A stretch of DNA of 61,767 nt, counting the filler, from Chthonomonadaceae bacterium (GTDB lineage Bacteria; Armatimonadota; Chthonomonadetes; Chthonomonadales; Chthonomonadaceae), in NCBI GenBank assembly GCA_035650735.1. It is 5 parts of 5 records of this genome, joined end to end, with 100 filler letters (N's around TTAATTAATTAA, not from the genome) between each part and the next. Parts side by side here need not be neighbours in the genome. Positions count along the whole stretch, not along the records: positions 20,317 to 42,062 come from DASRGZ010000088.1; 4 more parts are not named here. One strand, given 5' to 3'. Positions 28,130 through 40,715 of this stretch are shown in pieces. Position numbers and translations under genes: made by a program. The notes beneath the pieces are model-generated. The model was not told the DNA's origin and ran no database searches. It saw only the letters and a list, made by a program, of their open reading frames with translations. Each line of letters opens with the position of its first letter. Position 1 is the first letter of the stretch.

Positions 28130-29760
28130 CCCTCCGAGGCCGATTTTGCAGGATTTCCCGGTTCCGGACCCCAGCCGCCCCCGCCCGGCGTACGGATGGA
28201 GAGCACGGTTCCGGCAGGGCAGTGGCGGCTCCATTTGCCCGGCATCGGCTGTGGGGCCTGGCCTGGCTCGGTTAATGTCTCCGCACCCGGCGTTCCCGGT
28301 GCTCCGCCGTTGGCGCCAAAGGGCGGGTGCGTGCGCCGCTCGGCAAGCAGGGAGACGCGCGCCTCGGTGAGCAGTTCGATCCGGCGTATCAGCCCGTCGC
28401 CGCCCCGATGGAGGCCCGCGCCGCCCGTGCCCTGAGCGATGCTGTATTCCTGGACGCGCAGGGGATAGTGCGATTCCAGGGCCTCGACGGGCGTGTTGCG
28501 GGTGTTGGTCATGTGCGTGTGGATGGCGGAAGCGCCGTCGCCTGCCGGAGAGGCGCCCGCGCCGCCGGCCAGCGTCTCGTAATAGGCGAAGGGACGGTGG
28601 CGGAGGGCGTCATAGCTGCCGATGGTCAGGTTGTTCATGGTGCCCTGGCTGGCGGCGGGCAGACGGTCGGGCGCGGCCTGGGCCAGCGCTCGGAGCAGCA
28701 CGTCCACGATGCGCTGGGAGGTCTCCACGTTCCCGGCGGCGACGGCGGCGGGAAAGCGCGCGTTGACGATGCTGCCTTCCGGCGCGATGACGGCGATGGG
28801 CGCAAAGCAGCCCTCGTTGGTGGGTATCTCCTCGTCTACCAGGCAGCGCACCAGGTAGTAGCAGGCCGAGCGCGTGATGGCCTCTGTGGCATTGAGCGAC
28901 CCCTTTACCTGCGGCGCGCTGCCGGTAAAGTCGAAGATCGCCTGCCCGGAGCGCCGCAGCGTCGCGGTGACCGTGATGGGGATGTTCGCTGTGCCCGCGC
29001 CGTCATCGTCCAGGACGTCAGTGGCTGTGTAGGTTCCGGGCGGCAGCGAGGCCAGCGTTTTGCGCACGACCTCTGCCGCGTAGGCGATATTCTCGCCTGT
29101 GCGCTGTCGGAACTCTTCCAGGCCATACCGTTGCGCAAGCGCCTGTAAGCGCCGTATTCCCGTCTCGTTGGCGGCGACCTGGGCGGAGAGGTCGCCTCGC
29201 CGTTCGGCGGGCGTGCGCGAGTTGGCGCAGACAAGGTTTAACACGTCCTCGCGTACCTGGCCGCGTTCCACCAGGCGCAGCGGCGGCAGGATCAGCCCCT
29301 CGTGGAACAGCTCGGTCGAGAGCGGCAGTGAACCCGGCGACAGCCCACCAATGTCGGCGTGATGCGCCCGGCTGGCAACGAAGCCCAACAGCGTTCGCGA
29401 GGCGGTTTTGGGGCTTTGCCCTCCACTGAGGTAGACAGGCGCGACGAGAGTCAGGTCTGGCAGGTGGGTGCCGCCGATGCGCGGGTCGTTGCACAGCCAC
29501 ATGAGGCCGGGACGCCAGGGGATAGCGTGGCGGAGCCGTTGCAGCATCAGGGGCATCGCGCCGAGATGGACGGGGATATGCGCGGCCTGGGCCAGCAGGC
29601 GTCCGCGCGCGTCGAAGAGGGCGCAGGAGTGATCCAGCCGCTCCTTGATGTTGGGCGAATAGGCGGTACGTTCCAGCGTAGCGCCCATCTCCTCGGCCAC
29701 CGCCGAAAGCAGATGCCGCCACACCTCCACCTGCACCGGATCAAACGTCTGTCGGCTCAT
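28126..29760 (-). CDS. Hydantoinase B / oxoprolinase family protein
   Basis: RTAYSPNIKERLDHSCA, GGTHLPD, AHHADIGG, GNVETSQR, TPGGGGWG. Confidence 0.92.
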   Translation of the reverse strand: MSRQTFDPVQVEVWRHLLSAVAEEMGATLERTAYSPNIKERLDHSCALFDARGRLLAQAAHIPVHLGAMPLMLQRLRHAIPWRPGLMWLCNDPRIGGTHLPDLTLVAPVYLSGGQSPKTASRTLLGFVASRAHHADIGGLSPGSLPLSTELFHEGLILPPLRLVERGQVREDVLNLVCANSRTPAERRGDLSAQVAANETGIRRLQALAQRYGLEEFRQRTGENIAYAAEVVRKTLASLPPGTYTATDVLDDDGAGTANIPITVTATLRRSGQAIFDFTGSAPQVKGSLNATEAITRSACYYLVRCLVDEEIPTNEGCFAPIAVIAPEGSIVNARFPAAVAAGNVETSQRIVDVLLRALAQAAPDRLPAASQGTMNNLTIGSYDALRHRPFAYYETLAGGAGASPAGDGASAIHTHMTNTRNTPVEALESHYPLRVQEYSIAQGTGGAGLHRGGDGLIRRIELLTEARVSLLAERRTHPPFGANGGAPGTPGAETLTEPGQAPQPMPGKWSRHCPAGTVLSIRTPGGGGWGPEPGNPAKSASEG

Positions 29761-29892
29761 GGCAAGAGAATTATTTCGCATTCCGGCAGGTCAAACCTTC
29801 CGAACAGCCAAATTAGACAGCCGCGATAGTGATGATTACAAGGTACTTCCGTTGTCGGCGCTTTTGCGTTTTTGGCGTGCGCAGGCCACCGA

Positions 29893-30068
29893 GCCGGGCA
29901 ATAAATTACCCGTCTGTAGGGCGGCTGTGCCGCCAGCCGTCCTGCGGACGGAACAACGAGTCTATCGGCAGGTGGCTGCCTTCGTAGAGCAGGAAGAACC
30001 TGCCGCGACAGGGCGTCCGCGAGGACGCTTGGCCGTAGGCCACATAGACGGGTAAATTATTGCCCGGC
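29893..30068. repeat. REP-like inverted doublet
   Basis: GCCGGGCAATAAATTACCCGTCT and an inverted copy with one mismatch; inner CGTCC..GGACG hairpins. Confidence 0.75.
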
Positions 30069-30170
30069 GTCGAGTGCGGGAAAGAAGACGCGGAACGCCA
30101 TGATATATGGAGCAAGTTCGGAATGAGCAGGCAAAAAGCTATGATATACTGTTAACGGAGGTGAAGCAGA

Positions 30171-30395
30171 ATGGAGGAGAAAGCTCCATCGCAGCCCCGG
30201 CTGAAAATTGCCGCTGACTACAAGGCGGCTATCGAAGAGTGCCTGGTTGAGATGAGACGCCTGCACGAGCAGATGGATAAAGATCAGGCAGAAATAGAGC
30301 GATTGAAAGTGGAAGCGCGAATGATTACGGCTCATACCGATACGGTCTTAGACAAGATTGAGGCACAATTAGACGCGCTTCGAACGGCGGCGTAG
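30171..30395 (+). CDS. Small coiled-coil hypothetical protein
   Basis: GGAGGT SD; heptad pattern. Confidence 0.7.
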   Translation: MEEKAPSQPRLKIAADYKAAIEECLVEMRRLHEQMDKDQAEIERLKVEARMITAHTDTVLDKIEAQLDALRTAA

Positions 30396-30417
30396 TAGTG
30401 TTATATGGGAGAAATCA

Positions 30418-30900
30418 ATGTATAACATCGTGCGGCTTCTTGCCTTGATGTTATCTCTACTCTTGCTGCTTCTTCCATTGCACGGTTGTTCGAACGGACG
30501 GCGTTCTTGTCGGTACTTAATTCCCAGCGGCTATGTAGGATTCGTTCGCATTGATTATGGTGTTTCAGGTGCGCCTTCTCTGCCGTTGGAACAGGGCTTC
30601 CTCCTCTTCCGCATTCCTTCGACAGGCTACTTACAGACCTCTACAGCATTTGTAGGCGGGAGAGGAGAAGATGAGTTCTACTACGTTACAGGAAACCAGC
30701 GGCAGCAAGTGCATGGCGAAAGTGATGGTTATCCCACAGGCTCACAGCCACCGATACCTATGGTATGGGGGCGCTTAGTAGGCGGTGGAAGGGCTGAGTC
30801 AGTATACGAGATGTTTTTCATTGGTACGAAAAAGCAGTACGAGGAATTTGGTAAAAAACATCGGAACTCGGTAGAGTTCCCCGATATTCCACTGCGTTGA
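30418..30900 (+). CDS. Predicted lipoprotein (DUF6843-like)
   Basis: Hydrophobic signal ending LHGC; YLIPSGYVGFVRIDY..IPSTGYLQT. Confidence 0.65.
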   Translation: MYNIVRLLALMLSLLLLLLPLHGCSNGRRSCRYLIPSGYVGFVRIDYGVSGAPSLPLEQGFLLFRIPSTGYLQTSTAFVGGRGEDEFYYVTGNQRQQVHGESDGYPTGSQPPIPMVWGRLVGGGRAESVYEMFFIGTKKQYEEFGKKHRNSVEFPDIPLR

Positions 30901-30916
30901 GCCTAATTTGACTGAC

Positions 30917-31376
30917 TCACCAAACAGTCGGTACAAGGCCACTGTTGACGATGGAGGAGTCACGAGTAATACAGGGACAGCTATGTTCTAAAGCTACTGA
31001 GTTACATGCGCAGTATGCCCAGATGGTTCAACAAAATACAGGGACAGCTATGTTCTAAAGCTACACCAGCAATGATCCGGTCATGGATTTCAGGAATAGC
31101 GCTTAACGCATCAAAGCGCAGTACATCCTCAGCACGGAAATCCACGAAGACGAATTGAGCACTGGACTTTAATCGGGCAAACTCCGTCGCAAAATCGAGT
31201 GGCTGTCCTAACTTTACATTAACGTAATAGAGTTCCGCAAGCACGATACTGGGCAAGTAGATACGCGCTTGCCCTTGTTCGCCAGCACGAAAAGCAGCCA
31301 GGGCATTTGCGCCCAATTGTGGCATCCCGGTCAGGTACCAAAAGAGAGCGTGTGTATCCGCGACGTATTCAATCAA
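30917..31376 (-). pseudogene. vapC: VapC/PIN toxin disrupted by a 67-bp insertion
   Basis: YVADTHALFWY, IVLAE, HDRII; removing 67 bp restores ..CPCITRDSSIVNSGLVPTVW-stop at 30917. Confidence 0.8.
30968..31064. repeat. Exact 30-bp direct repeat flanking a 37-bp unique insert
   Basis: AATACAGGGACAGCTATGTTCTAAAGCTAC at 30968-30997 and 31035-31064. Confidence 0.95.
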
Positions 31377-31620
31377 CGCCGCCTTCCTCCAACTCTTCCT
31401 TCCACTCGCTGCGGATTTCCTTTAGGGCTGCGTCGAGGTCAAAGTCCGGCGGGAATTTATCCCGCCACACGCCATACAACTCCTGATAAGATTTAGCCGC
31501 TGGCGGAGCGGCCCCATCCGGCAAAAACGTGACGAGAACGCGCGCTTCCTCTACCCCGGCAGGCATCTCCGCCAGTTCAATCTTGCCGTGCCTATAAATT
31601 CCCTCTATCGTCGTTAGCAT
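31369..31620 (-). CDS. Putative antitoxin (DUF104/AF2212-like)
   Basis: MLTTIEGIYRHGKIEL..; acidic tail; overlaps the vapC start. Confidence 0.7.
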   Translation of the reverse strand: MLTTIEGIYRHGKIELAEMPAGVEEARVLVTFLPDGAAPPAAKSYQELYGVWRDKFPPDFDLDAALKEIRSEWKEELEEGGVD

Positions 31621-31631
31621 CGCTGTTGGCC

Positions 31632-31997
31632 TTACAGCTTGGGCGTGAAGGAGGTACCGCAGCCGCAACTGCGTGCCGCATTGGGGTTGCTCCACTTCCA
31701 GCCGCCCTCCAGCAGGTTGGCAAGACTATAATCCAGGGTCGTTCCCTCAATAAACCGCGCGCTCTTCCTGTCCACCATGACCTTGAGGCCCTCTATCTCA
31801 AAGACGAGGTCGCGATCCGTGACCTTCTCATCCAGGGTCATGACATAGGAGAGGCCGGAGCATCCGCCGCCCTTGACGCCGACGCGCAGCCCCAGGTTCG
31901 GGCTGCCCTGCTTCTGCATCAGTTGCTTGATCCGCGCAACGGCGGCAGGCGTGATCGTCAGAATAGGCCGTTGTACTTCTTGAAGCGTATCCGTCAT
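31632..31997 (-). CDS. sufA: A-type Fe-S carrier (IscA/SufA)
   Basis: GGGCSG and SCGCGTSF. Confidence 0.9.
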   Translation of the reverse strand: MTDTLQEVQRPILTITPAAVARIKQLMQKQGSPNLGLRVGVKGGGCSGLSYVMTLDEKVTDRDLVFEIEGLKVMVDRKSARFIEGTTLDYSLANLLEGGWKWSNPNAARSCGCGTSFTPKL

Positions 31998-32080
31998 GGT
32001 TCCTTTTCCTCGCAATTGAAGAGAGGGCCGATCCAGGCCCTCCCAACATAAACAGGCGATCTCTATGGATTGTACCGGAT

Positions 32081-32410
32081 TTAGAGCATTCCGAGTTCCA
32101 ATTTGGCTTCGTCCGACATCCGATCCATCGTCCAGGGCGGCTCCCAGATGACGTTGACCTCCACATCCGAGACGCCGGGTATCGCCTGCACTTTCGATTC
32201 GACCTCGACCGGAATGGATTGCGCGGCGGGGCACATGGGCGAGGTGAGCGTCATCTGGATATGGACGCTGCCGTCCGGGTCCACGTTGACGTCATAGATC
32301 AGCCCCAACTCGTAGATATTGACCGGAATCTCCGGATCGTAGACCGTGCGCAGCGCCTCGATAACCTGCGCCTCGATAACCGAAGCCTCAATCGGTGACA
32401 TTTCCGCCAT
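32081..32410 (-). CDS. sufT: DUF59 / SufT-like Fe-S maturation protein
   Basis: VYDPEIPVNIYELGLIY, TLTSPMCP, WEPPW. Confidence 0.88.
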   Translation of the reverse strand: MAEMSPIEASVIEAQVIEALRTVYDPEIPVNIYELGLIYDVNVDPDGSVHIQMTLTSPMCPAAQSIPVEVESKVQAIPGVSDVEVNVIWEPPWTMDRMSDEAKLELGML

Positions 32411-32517
32411 TGCGCTCGACTCCCTTAGAGCGTCTAACACAACCGTACTCCCTCTGTCTTGCAGGGTGAGGGCCGGGGTGAGGGTAGGGCCTTACGGCCA
32501 GGTTTTGTTAGGGACTT

Positions 32518-32964
32518 TTATTCCGTCGTGACCGGCTCGTCTTTGTTTTCCAGGGCGGCGTGCAGCGTGTGCCAGGCCAGGCTCGCGCACTTGACACGCG
32601 CCGGGAACTCGCGCACCCCGGCAAAGACGGCTAGCTTCCCCAGCGTTTCCGGGTCGGCCTCCGACTCGCCGGTAACCAGGTCATGAAACTCTTGGAAAAG
32701 GGCCTCCGCTTCCGCTTCCGTCTTGCCTTTGAGGGCGGCGGTCATCATCGAGGCGGAGGCTTTCGAGATGGCGCAGCCGGAGGCTTCAAAGCGGACATCC
32801 TTGATAACCCCGTCTTCCAGCTTGATATAGACCTTCACCTGATCGCCGCACAGCGGGTTATACCCCTCTGCCTGCCGATTCGCCTCCTCCAGCTTGCCGA
32901 AGTTGCGCGGGCGCTTGTTATGGTCTAAGATGACCTCCTGATAGAGGTCTCGCAAATCCGACAT
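32518..32964 (-). CDS. sufU: SUF-system NifU-like protein
   Basis: LYQEVILDH, NPLCGD, GCAISKASAS, RVKCA. Confidence 0.93.
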   Translation of the reverse strand: MSDLRDLYQEVILDHNKRPRNFGKLEEANRQAEGYNPLCGDQVKVYIKLEDGVIKDVRFEASGCAISKASASMMTAALKGKTEAEAEALFQEFHDLVTGESEADPETLGKLAVFAGVREFPARVKCASLAWHTLHAALENKDEPVTTE

Positions 32965-34235
32965 TAACCAAATACCTCCACCACCTTGTGAAGTCCACGC
33001 ACCAGCGCATCCATCTCCTCCCGCGTATTATAGCAGGCCAGGGACGCCCGCGCCGTCGCCGGAATTCCGAAACGCTGCATGACCGGCTGCGCGCAGTGGT
33101 GGCCCGTGCGTACCGCGATCCCCTCCTGATCCAGAATGGTGCCGATGTCGTGCGGGTGGATGTCACCGAGCACAAAGGAGAGGATGCTGGCCTTGTTTTG
33201 GGCCGTGCCGATGATCCGCAGGCCCGGAACTTCCCGAAGACGCTCCGTGCCATAGCGCAGCACGTCCTGCTCGTGCGCGGCCACGTTCTCCATGCCCAGC
33301 CCTTGCAGGTAGTCTATCGCCGCGCCCAGGCCGATCCCACCCGCGATATGCGGCGTTCCGGCCTCGAATTTATACGGCAGGCCGTTGTAAAGCGTTTTCT
33401 CAAAGCTGACGTAGCGGATCATGTCGCCGCCGCCCTGGTAGGGCGGCATCGCCTCCAGCAATTCCGCCTTGCCGTAGAGCACGCCGATGCCCGTCGGGCC
33501 GTAGAGCTTGTGGCCGGAGAAGACGAAGAAATCGCAGTCCAGCGCCTGCACGTCCACCTTGAGATGATAGGCGGTCTGCGCCCCATCCACCAGCACCGGA
33601 ACGCCCTGCTGGTGCGCCAGTTCGATGATCTGCCGGACGGGATTGATCGTGCCGAGCGCGTTGGACATCTGCGTAATGGCGACAAACTTCGTGCGCAGCG
33701 TGAGCAGCTTCTCGTACTCCTCCAGCAGCAGCTCGCCCGCGTCGTTCATCGGGATCACGCGCAGCCGCGCGCCCTTCTCCTCGCAGAGCATCTGCCAGGG
33801 GACGATATTGGCGTGGTGCTCCATCGCGGAGATAATGATCTCGTCTCCCTCCCGAATGTTTTTCCGGCCATAGCTCTGCGCCACGAGGTTGATACCCTCG
33901 GTCGCGTTGCGCGTGAAGATGATCTCGTGCGCGTCGGCGGCGTTCAGGAAGCGCTTGACCTTGACGCGCGCCTCCTCATACTCCCGCGTGGCCCGCTCGC
34001 TCAACTGGTGGACGGCGCGATGGATGTTGGCGTTGTCCTGCGCGTAGTAGCGCGCGAGCGTGTCTAGGACGGCCTGCGGCTTCTGCGTGGTCGCCGCGTT
34101 GTCGAGATAGACCAGCGGCTTGCCGTGTATCTGCTGCTTCAGGATGGGGAAGTCTTCTCGGACTTGCCACACATCAAAAGGAGCGGGCTGGATCGGCTGG
34201 CCCTCCAGCGCGTCCGCCCTTACCGCGCTTGTCAT
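32964..34235 (-). CDS. sufS: Cysteine desulfurase
   Basis: [30 protein letters not shown]. Confidence 0.95.
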   Translation of the reverse strand: MTSAVRADALEGQPIQPAPFDVWQVREDFPILKQQIHGKPLVYLDNAATTQKPQAVLDTLARYYAQDNANIHRAVHQLSERATREYEEARVKVKRFLNAADAHEIIFTRNATEGINLVAQSYGRKNIREGDEIIISAMEHHANIVPWQMLCEEKGARLRVIPMNDAGELLLEEYEKLLTLRTKFVAITQMSNALGTINPVRQIIELAHQQGVPVLVDGAQTAYHLKVDVQALDCDFFVFSGHKLYGPTGIGVLYGKAELLEAMPPYQGGGDMIRYVSFEKTLYNGLPYKFEAGTPHIAGGIGLGAAIDYLQGLGMENVAAHEQDVLRYGTERLREVPGLRIIGTAQNKASILSFVLGDIHPHDIGTILDQEGIAVRTGHHCAQPVMQRFGIPATARASLACYNTREEMDALVRGLHKVVEVFG

Positions 34236-35578
34236 TTCAAAAGCTCCTCGGTCTCATGGCCTCCGGGCAGTTGCTCAAAGAGCGCCTGCTCCAGTTGCGC
34301 CCGCACCGGCTCTACCTTGATGCGGCTGATGATCTCGCTGGCGAAGGCGAAGGTCAGGATGTTGCGCGCCTGCTCCTCGCCGATGCCGCGCGAGCGCATA
34401 TAAAAGAGCGCGTCCTCGTCTAGTTGACCGACCGTCGCGCCGTGCGTGCAGCGCACGTCGTCGGCAAAAATCTCCAACTGCGGCTTGGTGTTGATCTGGG
34501 CGTCCTCGGAGAGCAGCAGCGTCTTGTTGGTCTGCTTGGCGTCGGTCTTCTGGGCGTCGGGCCGCACGAAGATTTTGCCGTTAAAGACGCCGTGCGCCCG
34601 GTCGTCCAGGATGCCCTTATAGACCTCGTGGCTGGTGCAGTTGGGCATGGCGTGGTCAATGGCCGTGTGGTTATCCACCAGCCGCCGCCCGTTGGCCAGG
34701 TAGAGGCCGTTCAGCGTACACTCCCCGCCCTCACCGTTGAGCCGCGCATAGACCTCGTTGCGCACGAGCGCGCCGCCGAGCGTGATTGAGTGCGACGCGA
34801 AGTTGCTGGTGCGCTCCAGATGGACGCGCATATCGGCGATATGGAACGCCTGTAGGCTCTCGCGCAGCACCTTGTAGTGGTCTACGACCGCGTTCTCGCC
34901 CAGGACGATCTCGGTGACGGCGTTGGTGAAGTAGACCTCGCCGTCCCATCCGGCGTAGCTCTCAATAAGGGTGGCCTGGCTGTTCTCTCCAGCGATAAAG
35001 AGCGTGCGCGGGTAGGAGACGGTCGGCTTCTCCGGCGCGGTCGAGACGTAGAGCAGATGAATGGGCCGCTCGACGATCACGCCTCTCGGAAGGGAGACGA
35101 ACGCCCCGTCTTCCAGGAAGGCCGTGTTCAGGGCCGTAAACGCCTGCTGCTCGAACTCGGCGTACCGGGCCAGGTGCGCCCCTACCGCCTCCGGCTCGGC
35201 CTCCAGGGCTTCCGCCAGGCTGAGAACCTGGACTCCCTCCGGCAGATATCCAAACGTCGAAAGCTCCGGCGCATAGCGGCCATTCACAAAGACAAGCTGG
35301 CAGCAGTCCAGCCCCGGAAAGGTGAACGCGCGCAGCCGCTCCAGCATTAGGCGCTCCGGCTCTGCTGGCGCCGGGTGGAACGGCACCTCCAGCAGCGGGG
35401 CGATATTGGTAAACCGCCACTCCTCATGGTGCCGAGTAGGAAAGCCCAGTTCGCCGAAGCGCGCGATGGCCTCCTGGCGTAGCGCCGTGAGCCATGCGGG
35501 CGCGCGACCTGCCGCCTCCCGCTCCCTCCGCGCAAAGTCGGCGAGGTACGTGTCTTTGGTTTCGATGGTTCCGATCAT
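34232..35578 (-). CDS. sufD: Fe-S assembly protein SufD
   Basis: [26 protein letters not shown]. Confidence 0.95.
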   Translation of the reverse strand: MIGTIETKDTYLADFARREREAAGRAPAWLTALRQEAIARFGELGFPTRHHEEWRFTNIAPLLEVPFHPAPAEPERLMLERLRAFTFPGLDCCQLVFVNGRYAPELSTFGYLPEGVQVLSLAEALEAEPEAVGAHLARYAEFEQQAFTALNTAFLEDGAFVSLPRGVIVERPIHLLYVSTAPEKPTVSYPRTLFIAGENSQATLIESYAGWDGEVYFTNAVTEIVLGENAVVDHYKVLRESLQAFHIADMRVHLERTSNFASHSITLGGALVRNEVYARLNGEGGECTLNGLYLANGRRLVDNHTAIDHAMPNCTSHEVYKGILDDRAHGVFNGKIFVRPDAQKTDAKQTNKTLLLSEDAQINTKPQLEIFADDVRCTHGATVGQLDEDALFYMRSRGIGEEQARNILTFAFASEIISRIKVEPVRAQLEQALFEQLPGGHETEELLK

Positions 35579-35594
35579 CTTGGACACTCCCTCG

Positions 35595-36377
<783 letters not shown>

Positions 36378-36448
36378 GGTTGAATGCGTCCTCAATTCTA
36401 ATGTTGGCTCTATGTCTATAGCCCTTATACGCCCAGCCATTCTCTACC

Positions 36449-36591
36449 GCGATGGAATAGAATTCCTTCGCTCTGTGGCGTACCGCCCAGTGTCGGCCTA
36501 CGCCGACACATCCTGCCGATAGGCTCTGTGGTGTCCCCGTAGGGGGACACTGAGCCGAAGGCTACCCAGCGAAGGAATTCTATTCCATCGC
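36449..36591. repeat. REP-like doublet with perfect 24-bp inverted repeat between sufB and sufC
   Basis: GCGATGGAATAGAATTCCTTCGCT (36449-36472) and its exact inverse (36568-36591); inner GTGTC..GACAC hairpins. Confidence 0.85.
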
Positions 36592-36595
36592 TTTT

Positions 36596-38041
<1,446 letters not shown>

Positions 38042-38054
38042 AATCTCTCCCTCA

Positions 38055-38540
38055 CTACATGCGGGCTGTTTCCCGGTGCCGGGCCTGCGGCTCCCGGCCT
38101 GCCATAAAGGTTATCGCCGCACTCTCTCCCTCCTCATCCCGGTTGATCTCCGCCAGGGAGATCAGGTCGAGCATCTGGAGGATTTTGGCGTTAATCCGCG
38201 CCAGCGGCCTGCGGATGGTGCAGCGGTCTAGCTGCTCGCAGCCGTTGTGAGCGATCTTCAGACAATGGATAATGGCGGGCGGCCCGTCAATGACTTTAAT
38301 GACCTCGCCGACGCTGATTTGATCGGCGGAGCGGGCCAGACGGTAGCCTCCGGTCGGACCCGGCGTGGAGAGGAGCAGATCGGCCCTGGCGAGCTTCTGT
38401 AAAATCTTAGCCAGCAGTTCCATTGGGATGGCGTACCGCTCGGCGATCTCTTTGGTGTTGACGGCGCGGCCCGGCTCTGTCCGTGTCAGGTAGGACAGAG
38501 CCAGCAGGGCATAGTCCGTTTTCTTGCTCAAGCTCAACAT
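38055..38540 (-). CDS. Rrf2 family regulator with three Cys (SufR/IscR-like)
   Basis: [20 protein letters not shown]; first gene of the suf operon. Confidence 0.9.
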   Translation of the reverse strand: MLSLSKKTDYALLALSYLTRTEPGRAVNTKEIAERYAIPMELLAKILQKLARADLLLSTPGPTGGYRLARSADQISVGEVIKVIDGPPAIIHCLKIAHNGCEQLDRCTIRRPLARINAKILQMLDLISLAEINRDEEGESAAITFMAGREPQARHRETARM

Positions 38541-38556
38541 TGCACGCCGCTTCCTC

Positions 38557-38623
38557 TCCGACCAAAACGGTCTCCGACTAAACCAGTCGGATATAGTGTA
38601 CCATAAAGCGGCGGTCGAATCAA
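38557..38623 (-). promoter_or_regulatory. suf promoter with Rrf2-type operator(s)
   Basis: TTGATT-17 bp-TACACT; palindrome TCCGACT-N5-AGTCGGA (38573-38591) plus adjacent GACC-N5-GGTC. Confidence 0.7.
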
Positions 38624-38672
38624 TCAATAATCCACAAAGTTTAGCCCGGCTAAGAAATTAATACGGCTTTTT

Positions 38673-38846
38673 GACCTAACCCCCCGGCCCCCTTCCCTGC
38701 TTCGCCGCTAACGCGGCAGGGAAGGGGGGGACCCGGCTTCCCCGTTTCCCCTCTCCTTGAGAAGGAGAGGGGCCGGGGGTGAGGGCCATAACCATCTCCA
38801 GTCGGGTCCCTCCCTTCCCTTGTAGGGAAGGGGGCCGGGGGTTAGG
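38673..38846. repeat. Cluster of three CCCCTCTCC..GGAGAGGGGCCGGGGG-type REP-like repeats
   Basis: ACCTAACCCCCCGGCCCCCTTCCC..GGGAAGGGGG and two inverted relatives. Confidence 0.75.
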
Positions 38847-38887
38847 TAAAGAAAGGCCGCGGTATTTGGAATGGAGGCATAAACTCC

Positions 38888-38916
38888 TTGACAGCGGGCC
38901 GTGCGTCCTCTATAAT
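38888..38916 (+). promoter_or_regulatory. Consensus sigma70 promoter
   Basis: TTGACA-17 bp-TATAAT. Confidence 0.85.
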
Positions 38917-38949
38917 CGGCCTTTGTAGCAACGGAGGAGAAGGAGGGGC

Positions 38950-40341
38950 GTGATGAGCGAAAAGATCGTGCTTATCGGCGCGGGCAGCGCCATGTTTACC
39001 CGGGGACTTGTCGCCGACCTGATCCAGCGCGGCGGTGAGACGGAACTGGCCTTGGTGGATGTAGACCCTTCGGCGCTGGAGATTGCGGAGAGATTGGCTC
39101 GCAAGATGATCTCCGCGCGTGGGGTGCAGATCAAGCTCGCGGCGTCGGTGGATCGGCGTGACATGCTCAAAGGCGCCACGGCGGTCATCTGTACGGTGGG
39201 CGTGGGCGGACGGCGGGCCTGGGAGCAGGACGTTTTCATCCCGCGCAAGTACGGCCTTTACTATCCAGTCGGGGATACGGTTGGGCCGGGCGGCACCTCG
39301 CGCGCCTTGCGCATGATCCCAGCCATGGTGGATATCGCCAAAGACGTTCTGGATCTGGCCCCCAATGCCCTCTTTTTCAACTACGGCAATCCTATGGTGC
39401 CCGTTTGCCGTGCGATACGCAAGGCGACCGGCGCTCCTGTTGTCGGGCTGTGCCACGGCGTCTTCGGCGTGGGCCATTACCTGGCCGATGTTCTGGGCGT
39501 GTCCCAGGCAGATCTGCATTATACAGCCATCGGCATCAATCACCTGACCTGGTTCACTGAGGTTCGCGCCCATGGCGCCGACATGAGGCCGCGCCTGCGC
39601 CAGATCGCGATCCAGCGGCTCTCGCGCCGCTTCCCGGAGTTGGAGTTGGGGACGCGCTTTGGAGAGGCGGGCACGGAGGAGCGCGGCGAGGCGACCTCCG
39701 CCGACGACAATCCCTTTAGCTGGTACCTGCTATTGGCGTTCGGCGCGTTTCCCGCCGTCCTCGACCGGCACGTGACCGAGTTCTTCCCGGAGTTTTTCCG
39801 CGAGGGCCACTACTACGGCAAGACGTTGGGCGTGGACGCCTACAACTTCGAGAATACTATCGCCGGGGGCGACAAAATCTTTGAGCAGATGCGCGAACTG
39901 GCGCTCTCTCCCGACCCGCTTCCCGCGGACTACTTCGACCGTATCGGCGGCGAGCATGAGCAGGTCACGGACATCATCGACTCGATCCGTCAGGAGCGGC
40001 AGAGCCTCTATTCGGCCAACCTGCCCAATACCGGCCAGGTGCCGAACCTGCCGCCGGAGGTTATTGTCGAGAGTCCGGCGATTGCCGATGGGGCCGGGCT
40101 GCGCGCGATTGCCCAGCCGCCCCTGCCTTCCGGGATCGTCGGGACGCTGGCGACGCGCTACCAATGGGTCGAAACCGTCGTTGAGGCCGCTCTGGAGGGC
40201 AGCCGCGAGAAGTTCCTTCAGGCGCTCGTTCTCGACGGCGGGGTGAAGTCGCTTGAGATGGCAACGCGCCTCGCCGACGATCTGCTCGACGCACACGCCG
40301 CCTATCTGCCGCAGGGTCTCCGGCCGACCTCCGGGCCATGA
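38950..40341 (+). CDS. NAD-dependent glycoside hydrolase family 4 (alpha-galactosidase-like)
   Basis: [30 protein letters not shown]. Confidence 0.9.
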   Translation: MMSEKIVLIGAGSAMFTRGLVADLIQRGGETELALVDVDPSALEIAERLARKMISARGVQIKLAASVDRRDMLKGATAVICTVGVGGRRAWEQDVFIPRKYGLYYPVGDTVGPGGTSRALRMIPAMVDIAKDVLDLAPNALFFNYGNPMVPVCRAIRKATGAPVVGLCHGVFGVGHYLADVLGVSQADLHYTAIGINHLTWFTEVRAHGADMRPRLRQIAIQRLSRRFPELELGTRFGEAGTEERGEATSADDNPFSWYLLLAFGAFPAVLDRHVTEFFPEFFREGHYYGKTLGVDAYNFENTIAGGDKIFEQMRELALSPDPLPADYFDRIGGEHEQVTDIIDSIRQERQSLYSANLPNTGQVPNLPPEVIVESPAIADGAGLRAIAQPPLPSGIVGTLATRYQWVETVVEAALEGSREKFLQALVLDGGVKSLEMATRLADDLLDAHAAYLPQGLRPTSGP

Positions 40342-40419
40342 ATGACCCGTCTGGAGAGCGGCTAATGACCTCACCCCCGTCCCCTCTCCTTCTCAAGGAG
40401 AGGGGAGAGCGCTTATTTA

Positions 40420-40522
40420 ACTCAAGTTGCTACCTTGCCTCTTCGAGAAGGCAAACGGTGATGCAAAAGCCGGTTTCCAGAGCGATTCTCTCTCAAACGT
40501 GTTCCTAGGTAGCAACTTGGGT
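40420..40522. mobile_element. 103-bp MITE with IS982-like ends
   Basis: ACTCAAGTTGCTACCT .. AGGTAGCAACTTGGGT flanked by TATTTA direct repeats (40414-40419, 40523-40528). Confidence 0.7.
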
Positions 40523-40715
40523 TATTTAGTCATTCTCTTCCTCAGCACCATACCACGCATAGGCGTCGAGAAGGCTCTCCCGGCCAAGGGAGGAAAATGA
40601 AAAGGCCATCCATCGTATGGCATATCCTACCAATGACCACATTATGGCGAACGAGGAGGAAGTTGTCAACAGATCATTTTTTGGATGACCAGCGCTATCA
40701 GCCGGAACAGCCTAG

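Noticed and set aside
30968..31064. Canonical CRISPR array
   Set aside because: Only two units, the repeat is vapC coding sequence, no leader or cas genes; kept only as a possible off-target integration
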